Below, in pieces: positions 1 to 9,100 of a stretch of 64,000 bases of DNA. Position 1 is the first letter of the stretch. Each line of letters begins with the position of its first letter. Location of the stretch: positions 2,156 through 66,155 of the forward strand of contig CAYQNR010000004.1 in the NCBI GenBank assembly GCA_964418945.1, given 5' to 3'. Under the pieces are notes generated by a model that saw only the letters and a list, made by a program, of their open reading frames with translations, was not told where the DNA came from and did not search any database. Origin of the DNA: an uncultured Desulfobacteraceae bacterium. GTDB lineage: Bacteria > Desulfobacterota > DSM-4660 > Desulfatiglandales > HGW-15. The position numbers were made by a program, and so were the translations under genes.

Positions 1-1
1 C

Positions 2-265
2 GAAGCCACGATTGCCGTCACCGACCTAGGCGAACGTGAACGGGCAATGGTTGGTGAAGACAAGATTGTCCTTACCCTTCCTGCGAAGACATGGCAATTA
101 GGCAAAGGCAACTCCAGAAACCTGTTCAAAGACCTGATGGAAGGAATCGATCACTTCAAAGATTCCTTGCCTTATAAGAGTGCCTTTCCCCCTACCATGA
201 TGCCTGATTTCCGTCAGCCTGATTTCTATGTGGATTACTTCAAAGAGTGGGGATTGTGGCCCTAA
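2..265 (+). CDS. DUF169 family protein, C-terminal fragment (5' end outside window)
   Basis: The frame is open from the window edge. The last ~85 aa align with the C-terminus of the full DUF169-like ORF at 28064-28984 (...DFxQPxFYxxYFxxWGL). Confidence 0.7.
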   Translation, partial: EATIAVTDLGERERAMVGEDKIVLTLPAKTWQLGKGNSRNLFKDLMEGIDHFKDSLPYKSAFPPTMMPDFRQPDFYVDYFKEWGLWP

Positions 266-375
266 TGCTCGTCCTCATTTGTAGCTTGAACAGAGGTTTG
301 TAAAGTATTCAACTTGAAATAATCGAGCATCGAATGGAGGGTCAGGATCTGTGCCCTAAGCGGGTGAATCAGGTC

Positions 376-432
376 TTGACATACAAGGCGAAAGTGAATA
401 TACTTCGATCGCAAATATCGAGTTCCTATCAA
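376..432 (+). promoter_or_regulatory. Sigma70-type promoter plus conserved leader box (copy P0), upstream of the MFS gene
   Basis: TTGACA (376-381), 17-nt spacer, TATACT (399-404), 8 nt, then AAATATCGAGTTCCTATCAA (413-432). The layout matches the other copies. Confidence 0.65.
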
Positions 433-774
433 CTTCTGGTAAAAAGAGCAACTCTTGCTTGTGTGGAATCCAACTGAGATGCGTACTATCGTTAACATCT
501 ATTTTTTGCTACGCAGTCACTTACAGTCCTCGGAGAAATCCGTTAACACAAAGAATGGGGTTTTCCGGATAATGCAACACCAGGCCAAATTATGGAAATA
601 TTGAAATTGCCGAAACAGATACATGTCACGGTCTTGTTAATAACAACAGTGTCGATCGTAAAGCAGGTTTGAGAGGGAGACATTATCCACATGCCATACA
701 TAGGTGGAGGCTAAACCAATTCGCGATTGAAGCGCCTTAAGAGGCCCGGAAATCGATTGATGAAGGAGGATCTT

Positions 775-2052
775 ATGGACGAGCAAGCCACAAACATTCC
801 GAATGCCATACCAAGAACACCTGGATATGCATGGGTAATTTTATTCGCTATTTACATGGCCACTCTGGCGTTGACACTGAATTTATTCAAAGTGCCGCCT
901 GTGATGTCTACTTTAATAAAAGAATTCAATTTGAATTACGCCCAAGCAGGGCTGATAATGTCCAGCTTTTCGATAATGGGCATCCTTCTTGCCATACCGG
1001 CAGGATATATTCTGAAGGGTTTCGGCATCAAAAAGACAGGTCTATTTTCAGTGGGCGCTGTTACGATCGGCTCGGTTTTGGGCGCGGTTGCGTCAACAAC
1101 CACATTGCTTTTCATCGGACGTTTTATCGAAGGCGTGGGAATGGGCCTGATTATGGTGGCGGCGCCGTTTACGATCAGTTTGTGGTTCCCGGCGCAAAAG
1201 CGAGCCTTGGCGACGGGATTATGGGCGAGTTGCGTGGGAATCGGAAACATCGTCACCCTTTTTTTCGCCCCGAAGATCACGGTGGCCTATGGATGGCAGG
1301 CTGTGTGGTGGGCAGCCACCGCTTTTTCGGCATTGGCTTTTATTCTATTTGCCATTCTGTTTCGAATGCCCAGAGAAGATGAAATGTATGAAGCTCCTCC
1401 AGCACCAAGCCCCGCAACACAAGAAGAAACAGCACCCAGTCTGGCAAAGGGTATGGCCAATAAGGACCTCTGGATGATAAGCATTTCGTTCGGAATTTAT
1501 AACCTGGTTGTCATGGCAATATTATCTATTCTTCCGACATTCTTGGAAACCCAACGTGGTTTTTTACTGACATTCGAAAAAGGCTTTCTCCTGAACGCTT
1601 CTTTCATTACCGCCTTCATAATGTTAGCTTCTGTCTTTACCGCACCTCTCGGCGGCTATATATCTGATCGTTTGGGCAAACGCAAGATCATGATTCTTAT
1701 TCCATACATCCTGATGACGGTAATGTTTCTTTTCATCTTTAAGGTGACAGGATTGATGATCCCGTTATATTTGTTTGTTTTCGGCATTGTCGGCGGCCCT
1801 CTGGCTACTGTTCTTCTCGCGTCTGTTCCGGAGGTGGCGAGAAAACCTCAATTCATCGGAATCGGCATGGCTGTAGCAGCTTTAGGCCAGAATATCGGGA
1901 TGTATATAGGCCCCTCGCTATTCGGCAAGATTTTGGACCAACTTGCTACTCCCACCGGTGTCGATATAGCGGCATATGTAACCGGAGGGTATTGGATGAT
2001 TCCTATATGCTTAATTGGCATTATTGCAACCTTCTTTATCAAGGTACGATAA
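775..2052 (+). CDS. MFS transporter
   Basis: Multi-TM hydrophobic profile typical of MFS. The ORF opens at TTG 727, but AAGGAGGA (763-770) precedes ATG 775, so the start is uncertain (727/760/775). Confidence 0.85.
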   Translation: MDEQATNIPNAIPRTPGYAWVILFAIYMATLALTLNLFKVPPVMSTLIKEFNLNYAQAGLIMSSFSIMGILLAIPAGYILKGFGIKKTGLFSVGAVTIGSVLGAVASTTTLLFIGRFIEGVGMGLIMVAAPFTISLWFPAQKRALATGLWASCVGIGNIVTLFFAPKITVAYGWQAVWWAATAFSALAFILFAILFRMPREDEMYEAPPAPSPATQEETAPSLAKGMANKDLWMISISFGIYNLVVMAILSILPTFLETQRGFLLTFEKGFLLNASFITAFIMLASVFTAPLGGYISDRLGKRKIMILIPYILMTVMFLFIFKVTGLMIPLYLFVFGIVGGPLATVLLASVPEVARKPQFIGIGMAVAALGQNIGMYIGPSLFGKILDQLATPTGVDIAAYVTGGYWMIPICLIGIIATFFIKVR

Positions 2053-2161
2053 TAAACCGCGATGAACGGAGCCATTTATTATAGTTTCAACCAGATTACG
2101 GGCAGGCCATAGGCAGCGTTCTTGGCCCAGGAAAATTGTATACATAATATAAGGAGGATTT

Positions 2162-3025
2162 ATGATTCGGATAATCGCTATGTTTGTGCTGCTCTTCAGT
2201 GTCTCGTCGGTTCATGCAGAAACTGTTCTGTCGACTCCTGAAGCAACAGGATGCACCCGGAAAAGCCTTCAGGAAACCGTCGATAAATATCTGGATGCCC
2301 TGGAGAAAGGCAATCCATCCCTGATGCCTCTTGCCACCGATGCGAAGTATATTGAAAACAGGAAGGAGATTGCGTTTGAAGAAGGCATATGGCAGGCGCC
2401 CTTGATCGTTGATTTCCAACGCAGCCTCTTCGACGTGGACACTTGCGAGACTTTTTCAGAAATTATCCACACAAGCAGCAGCCACCCCTATGTCATAGGG
2501 ACCCGTTTAAAGGTTGTAAACGGCAAAATCGCGGAGGTTGAGAGCCTGGTCACCGATGAGGATGACTGGCTTTTTGACGCCACAAACTATCTGAAATATT
2601 CGTCGACGGAAAAATGGGACATCATTCCTCCCGATAAGCGCACCGACCGTCAGACTTTGATCCAAGTCGCCAGCGACTACTTCGACATATTTGAGGATTA
2701 CTCCGCCTTCTCCAAGGTGCCCTGGGGTATCCCCTGTGTCCGCATTGAGGGCGGCGCGTATACCAATCCCCAAAATGACCCTAACCCTTCCTGTACTGTC
2801 GGGGTCCCAAAGGGAGGAGGCGTCCCCATGACAAACCGGCACTATATTGTCGATGTCGATATGGGGGCGGTTGTAGGCGTGTTGGACTTTGGCGGAGCCG
2901 ATGGTTTGCCCGACGCCCACACCTTTCGGCTGGAAAACGGAAAGCTTCGTTATGTTCACACCATAACCGTGTGTCCTAACGGCTGCCCGAAAATCCCTTT
3001 GCCAAAAGACATGCCCAAACAGTAA
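2162..3025 (+). CDS. Exported protein of unknown function (signal peptide)
   Basis: N-terminal MIRIIAMFVLLFSVSSVHA-ETV signal. AGGAGG lies upstream of the ATG. No family recognised. Confidence 0.7.
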   Translation: MIRIIAMFVLLFSVSSVHAETVLSTPEATGCTRKSLQETVDKYLDALEKGNPSLMPLATDAKYIENRKEIAFEEGIWQAPLIVDFQRSLFDVDTCETFSEIIHTSSSHPYVIGTRLKVVNGKIAEVESLVTDEDDWLFDATNYLKYSSTEKWDIIPPDKRTDRQTLIQVASDYFDIFEDYSAFSKVPWGIPCVRIEGGAYTNPQNDPNPSCTVGVPKGGGVPMTNRHYIVDVDMGAVVGVLDFGGADGLPDAHTFRLENGKLRYVHTITVCPNGCPKIPLPKDMPKQ

Positions 3026-3095
3026 CTCTTCAAACGGCAAAGGGAATATTTAAAACTGTGTCCGATACCGGATACAATCCAAAAGGAGGTTTACC

Positions 3096-3668
3096 ATGAT
3101 ACGCACTTTACTATCCATTTGTCTCATTTCAGCCCTGTCGTTGCTCATGGCCTGTAACACAGAACCCACGGCGACAGTTGAAGATACCGCGGCGACAATT
3201 GAAGACACGGCGCCGACAATCCAGGGGGTTTGGACGATCGAAGAAATGGAGGTCGGCATCGGTGAGAATAAAAGAACCACCGTGCCCCAGGCGTTTATGC
3301 TTTTTGTAATGGAGAAGCACTACAGCGCAATCCGCGATTTTTCTCAGGAACCGCGCCCGGGCTGGGGAGCCGGGTCTCCGGAAGGAGAATCTGCCCCTTC
3401 CGTCGCCGGTTTCATGGCTGATGCTGGAACCTATGAATATGACGGATCCACATTTGTGGTCCATCATCAAGTTGCCATGATTCCAAACATGATGCAGGGA
3501 GGATCATCAATGACCTTCGGGTGTCAAATGGAAGGGAACGACACTCTTATACTGGCCCCGCAATACGACAAAATGGTCATACCGGGAATGGAGATGGCGC
3601 CTTCACCAGAGGGGAAGATGTCCTATGGAGACATGGCGGTTCGCTACAAATTCATGCGCTTGGAGTAG
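3096..3668 (+). CDS. Lipoprotein of unknown function
   Basis: Lipobox LLMAC near the N-terminus. AAGGAGG lies upstream of the start. Confidence 0.7.
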   Translation: MIRTLLSICLISALSLLMACNTEPTATVEDTAATIEDTAPTIQGVWTIEEMEVGIGENKRTTVPQAFMLFVMEKHYSAIRDFSQEPRPGWGAGSPEGESAPSVAGFMADAGTYEYDGSTFVVHHQVAMIPNMMQGGSSMTFGCQMEGNDTLILAPQYDKMVIPGMEMAPSPEGKMSYGDMAVRYKFMRLE

Positions 3669-3745
3669 CGGGGACAAGGAAGATCTCCAGTGGACATTTC
3701 TCAGAAGTATTTAGGGCATCCGTAAGATGAGTCGCGGCTACCGGT

Positions 3746-5392
3746 TCACTCTCTCGGAACAACAGGAGCCCATTCCACTTTCGCGGCACCGAGGAGTGTT
3801 CCGGTTGCATATGCCAGGTCTATAAGTGCTATCTGATACTCCGCAAGGGCCAGGATTTCCAGTCTCTGTGCGTCTGCAAAGTCTGTCTGAGCATTCAGGA
3901 CATCCGTGGATGTAACAAGGCCCAGTTCAAACTGTCTTTTTTCCGCCCTATACTGCTCGTGCTTAAGGATGGTTGTCTGCCTGCTGGCCAGAACACGCTG
4001 CCAGTTTGCCTCGAGTTTGTCAATCTGGTTTAGCACTTCATACTTTATTTCAGACTTTTTACTCTCCCTGCTGGCAAGTCTCTGGGCACGTTCATACACT
4101 GCCTTTCGAAGCCTGCTTTTTGCCTCCCTGTTGCCAATGGGTATGGATACCTGAAGACCGAACCGGTGATCATTAAAATCATTATCGGACAGGAGGTCAT
4201 ATGAGTCGGTTCTTTCCGGACCCAGACCATTTATATTATATCTGTACTCCAGTGTTACCAGGGGAAGAGTCTGGTTCTTAAGGAAGTCAATGTTACTGCT
4301 GTCCTGGGCTATCTGCAGTTCCAGCTCCAGCATCTCCATCCGGTTTTCAAGGGCCTTTTCCACCATCCTGTTCCTGTTAATTTCATATCTGACAGGGTCC
4401 GGCGGAGATGACGCGATTAAGACCGTTTTTGTTTCCATGCCCAGCCCTTTCTTGTTGAGCATGCGTTTCAAGTCCCTTTCAGTGTCCCGAACATCGTTTT
4501 CAGCCTTTATAATTGCTTCAAGCTTGTCTGCTACACTCGCCTCTGTCCGGATCATCTCAATTTTGGGTTTCTCTCCCACCTCTACAAAACGTGAAGTCTC
4601 CTCATATAAGGCCTTTGAAAGGTCATACTGTTTCCTGCGGACCTCCAGAAGTTTTCGCGTACCGTAAAGCCTCCAGTAGGCACGGTCCACATTGGCGATT
4701 ATGCGGATTGCCTCAAGCTTGGTCCTGGCATCTGTTATACTGCTGTTGTATTGTGCCACCCGAATGCTGTGAGTATTCACCCGATTGCCGCTGTTGCGAA
4801 GCAGGGGCTGACTTATGGACGCAGAAAAGTCTGATTCATAGGAAGGATTAAATACTGAAAAAAGAGAATCCGTTTTCATCCGCCGGTCTGCAATGTCAAA
4901 GGAGAGTGTTCCCCCTGTTCTGAGTGGAATGCTTACACCTAAGTCAACGGAAGTGCTGTCCACGCTGGATCCCGCTATATCGAGCGTTGAAGCGGTGGGT
5001 GTGTCAGTCTTTGCATAGTTCACATTACCCGTAAAGGTAGCATCAAACTTTGCCTCCTCCTGACTGATCCCCTCCTTGGCAATGGAGGGATTGATAAGCT
5101 GCACCCGAAGATCCAGATTGTTTTCAAGGGCAAGTGCACGGCATTCTTCAAGGGAAAGCTCGATCTGGGATGCTTCCGGTTCAATCACATCCACTGTATA
5201 CGGTTTATCCTCTGCTGCTTCTTCTAAGTCAATGACATCAATCTGTCTTACCTCTTCCTGAGGAACAAAGAATTCCGGAGAAGGTTCATACCAATCTTTC
5301 ACGTGTGAACATCCCCCCATAAAACATAATCCATATATCATTGAAATTAGAAACGGTGAAACAAGCTTTTTAAATGAAAACCCTTTTTCCAT
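3746..5392 (-). CDS. TolC/OprM-family outer-membrane efflux lipoprotein
   Basis: Two-repeat OEP-type sequence. It is the last gene of the efflux operon. The start is moved to ATG 5392 (GAGGAGG 8 nt upstream; lipobox FMGGC). Confidence 0.85.
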   Translation of the reverse strand: MEKGFSFKKLVSPFLISMIYGLCFMGGCSHVKDWYEPSPEFFVPQEEVRQIDVIDLEEAAEDKPYTVDVIEPEASQIELSLEECRALALENNLDLRVQLINPSIAKEGISQEEAKFDATFTGNVNYAKTDTPTASTLDIAGSSVDSTSVDLGVSIPLRTGGTLSFDIADRRMKTDSLFSVFNPSYESDFSASISQPLLRNSGNRVNTHSIRVAQYNSSITDARTKLEAIRIIANVDRAYWRLYGTRKLLEVRRKQYDLSKALYEETSRFVEVGEKPKIEMIRTEASVADKLEAIIKAENDVRDTERDLKRMLNKKGLGMETKTVLIASSPPDPVRYEINRNRMVEKALENRMEMLELELQIAQDSSNIDFLKNQTLPLVTLEYRYNINGLGPERTDSYDLLSDNDFNDHRFGLQVSIPIGNREAKSRLRKAVYERAQRLASRESKKSEIKYEVLNQIDKLEANWQRVLASRQTTILKHEQYRAEKRQFELGLVTSTDVLNAQTDFADAQRLEILALAEYQIALIDLAYATGTLLGAAKVEWAPVVPRE

Positions 5393-5405
5393 TTGAAATG
5401 CCTCC

Positions 5406-6134
5406 TCAATCCCCAAGCATCTTCTCCCGTCTTTCCACACGGGAAAAGGTGAGAAGAGTAATTGCTGAAATAACTATAATAAACAGGATACGGTTTTGAA
5501 TCGTATAGGATGAAACGTCTGTCATATTCGAATCCATTGCCAGTGGATTAAAAAAGGGAGACAAACGCATCTTACTGCCAAAACCGATTATCATATTGAT
5601 AGTCAAAAGAAGTGCTGTTGCCATGGCACCGGATATCTCACTCCTGAAAAACGCGGCAAAGGCCATGCCAACGACCATGTAGAAGACTGCTGCCTGAAAG
5701 GCGCCGTAAAATGAAACAAATGGGAATGATGTGAACAGGATAAGAGTAACTATGGCCAGCAGCACTTCACTGAACAGCAGCAGACAAAAGCATGCGGCCA
5801 TCTTCGCAAGCCAGATCCTGTGGCTGCCACCAGGCACGGTATAGGCAACTTCCAGGGTCCTTCGATCCACCTCACTGGCTATTATCCGAATACCAAGACC
5901 AATGGCATAAATCACCAGAGGCAGTCCAATAAGCGACTGGACGTCTATTGCTTCAATTTCAGACTGCCGCCAGCCCACGAGAAGGAGAAACACTTGAAAG
6001 GCCGGCCAAAGCAGAGGGAGCAGCACTGTGATATAAAAACGGCGTCCTGCTATCAACTGGATGGACAGATGAGTAAGTCTTACATAATCCTTAATTCGTC
6101 CTCTAAGTCTGTTTTTCAATGTTTCATCACTCAC
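5406..6134 (-). CDS. ABC-2-type membrane permease
   Basis: Six-TM-like profile directly after the ATPase-containing gene. GTG 6134 overlaps the upstream stop (6127-6129). The 290-aa form from 6278 would overlap the upstream gene by ~150 nt. Confidence 0.65.
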   Translation of the reverse strand: MSDETLKNRLRGRIKDYVRLTHLSIQLIAGRRFYITVLLPLLWPAFQVFLLLVGWRQSEIEAIDVQSLIGLPLVIYAIGLGIRIIASEVDRRTLEVAYTVPGGSHRIWLAKMAACFCLLLFSEVLLAIVTLILFTSFPFVSFYGAFQAAVFYMVVGMAFAAFFRSEISGAMATALLLTINMIIGFGSKMRLSPFFNPLAMDSNMTDVSSYTIQNRILFIIVISAITLLTFSRVERREKMLGD

Positions 6135-9100
6135 TTTCCATATGACTCGGTCCTGACACCTTTCGCTCCATCCCGTATCCCACAAGCTGCAGGTATCCGT
6201 CCTGCAGGCTGGGAGAGATCCTGCGGGCGTGAGGAAAAGGGGGTTCTGAACATAGGGCCCGCGCACGATAGAAGCCATCTTCTTCGGGAATCTGGTCCAC
6301 GATCATGGCGTCTTTTCTAATGTTCTTCTCCTCTCCAGCCCGGATTCTAAACTCCCATACCATGCCTTCCGCTTCTCTGGCCAGCATGGAAGGCTTGCCG
6401 TCAAAGACCATTTTTCCTGCGGCCAGGACAATCACCCTCTCACAGGCTACGGCCACATCTTCAACAACATGAGTTGAAAACAGAACCACCCGGTTTTCAG
6501 CCAGTTTAACCAGAAGATTCCTGAATCGGATACGCTCCCTCGGATCAAGACCCACTGTGGGTTCATCCACTATTATTATGGGAGGAAGACGTAGAAGGGT
6601 CCGCGCAACTGCCACACGCTGCCTCATCCCGCCCGAATACCCCTTGATCTCCTTATCCGCCTGCTCAGACAGGCCTACCTCCTCGATAAGGGTTTCAACC
6701 CTCCCCTTTTTCACAAGGCTGTCGCCGATATCGTATAGCAGGGCATAATATTCCAGGTATTCTCTTCCTGTCAGGTTTCCTGGCAGACCGAAGTCCTGCG
6801 GCAGGTATCCAATCCACCTTGCCAGGTGTCTCCTTATCTTTTTAATGGATATGCCACCAATATCTATAGCGCCTGTTGTAGGCACCAGTATTCCCGCCAG
6901 GGTCCTGAGAAGTGTTGTTTTACCTGCTCCATTTGGACCGAGTATGCCTATCATCCCCTTCTCTGCGCGGAAATGGACATTCTTGAGTGCCTCCACCTCA
7001 TCCCTGGGAAGATCCAAACTGAACAACCTTCTGCTTACCCTTCGCCAGACAGTTTTTACTCTTTGCAAGAATCCCCTGCCCACACGTTCCGTTATTCTTC
7101 CTGCAACCAGGTCTCTGGCTGTCTTTCTCCCCCCTTGAATATATACTATTAAAGCCCCTATGAGCACCAGGGCCAGAGGTGCAAGACGAGGATTTCCCTC
7201 TGCCATTACCGGTATGAGATAATAATGAATGCCCAATAATATGAACACAACCCACGGGACCAGAAATGCCAGCAAATGTTCTATCCCACCGGGATCAGGC
7301 CTGCCGGAAGGATCACACTTGCCCCTCAATCGTCTCAATTGAATCAGGATCTGGCCGAGTATTACGGCGCCGGTAAAGGAGAACACAAGACGCCACCATG
7401 TGGTGCTTAAGGAAAAGGCGAGATATCCTGCCCCTGAAAGGAGTACTATCCTTGTAATAATCGGTTGAATAGTGTCTACGGGTAAAAATGGCTTGCCTCC
7501 CCTGGCAAGGACCCTTTCCGCGAAGTGTTCTCCTGATCGCCAGGCACGACCCACAGGCCCCGGACGACCATATATCTTATGGAGGAATTTTACCTCTATG
7601 TCCATTTCTGCTTCCGGTTCAGGGATATCCGATCTCCTGAACAGAAGTACTATCACTCCAAGAATAACAGCGGCTACAAGCAATGTCGTTATGATCTGCC
7701 ATGTCATGGAAGAAATGTGATCAAATATAATGAGGGGAGACATAACCGCGGCGGTCATTCCAAACCACAGCACTGTTATCCATGGACCAAGTCTTCCAAA
7801 CAGCCTGTCCAGGCGGTTCAGGAACACAAAACCCATAGGGACCACAAGCAGGATAAGCAGGCTTGAAGTGGCCAGACCTCCCATAACCACTACGGCAAAG
7901 GACGGCCATATTTCATTCTCCCTGCCTGTGGGAATGGCCAGAGGCCATAACCCGGCGATTGTGGTGCATGTTGTCATTAAAACCGGCCTGACCCTTTCCC
8001 TGACCGCTGCTATTGCAGCGGCTCCTGCCGACCATGAACCTGTAAGTACCCTCTGCTGCATACGGTCTACAAGGAGAATGGCCGGGTTTACAGTAAGTCC
8101 GAGAAGAACAACAGCCCCTGCCATGGCCATCATATCCGCAGGCATGCCTGTCAGTACCAGTGCCCACGCTGATCCCAGTATTGTTAGAGGGACAGCAAAC
8201 AGCACAAGCACAGGCATCGTAAGAGATTCGAATGTAACAGCCAGCACGGCAAAGAGCAGGAGCAGCATTGGTATAAAAACACGTTTGAACCAGCTTGTAG
8301 ACTCTTCCTTATCCGGCGGATCAACGATATACCCCGCAGGAAGATGAATGCTCCTTATCATTGACAGAATTTCCTCATCCAGTGCATCCCTTGCCGGTCC
8401 TGTTTTAGGCACACTCCCGCTGAACCTGTAAAATACACTTAACTCCCTCCTGCCGTTGTGATGCTGGATCATGGGGGGAGGAGGCATCTTGTATGCATCA
8501 GACACGAGCCCAAGGGGCAGGACACCTGCGGTTGTCGGCAGCTTGAGTTTTTCCATCTTATAACTTACCCGACTGGAGGCGGTTTCATAGCTTCTGACAG
8601 TAAGGGGGATTTCTCTTCCATCGTCCAGGATCATTCCGGCTCGCATCTCCGTCCCTTCCCTGCTCAGCATACTCAGCATCGGCATTATCTGATCCGAAGT
8701 AAGTCCCAGACCGGTCAATATAAAATGATCAGGAACAACCTGTATTTCATCCTGCCCCGGCTTGGCTGAAAGCCAGACACCATGTCTGCCTATCTCCGGT
8801 ATAGATTCCAGTCTTTCCTTTATGGATTCGGCAAGAGCCTTTAACTGACCTGTATCAGGCCCGGAAAGAACAATTTCAGAAGGCCCCTGGCCGAACAATT
8901 GCGCGTTACCACCACCTTCTCTTGATCCCCCCTCCTCTCCCGATGTATCCTCAGACCGGATTTCTATGCCTTTGAGGGTTTTTGCAGCCTCTCTTACCTT
9001 TGATCTTACCCGATAGGCTGTCAGGTCTTCAGGACGTTCATCCCGGTCGACAAACTTTATATTAAGTGAACTGTTGTCCTCCCGCACAATACTTTCAACA

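Noticed and set aside
262-498. 78-aa minus-strand ORF
   Set aside because: It covers promoter copy P0 on the opposite strand. It has no RBS and no homology. The region is better explained as regulatory.
433-774. Riboswitch or attenuator in the ~300-nt leaders of the MFS and DUF169 genes
   Set aside because: I could not match any riboswitch consensus I know (for example Moco, TPP, SAM). The only hairpin plus T-run (about 473-512) has a weak 5-bp stem.
831-1382. Alternative-frame and antisense ORFs inside the MFS gene (831-1382, 936-1280, 1287-1484)
   Set aside because: They overlap a coherent multi-TM MFS reading frame. Their Arg/Gly-rich composition is typical of off-frame translation.
5406-6278. 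Long 290-aa form of the ABC-2 permease
   Set aside because: Its first ~48 codons overlap the 3' end of the RND::ABC gene in another frame. GTG 6134, which overlaps the upstream stop, gives a typical coupled start.
7730-8347. 205-aa plus-strand ORF, and many similar ones across 6500-19500
   Set aside because: All are antisense to the RND/ABC operon genes. They are Ser/Thr/Arg/Pro-rich and none has an RBS.
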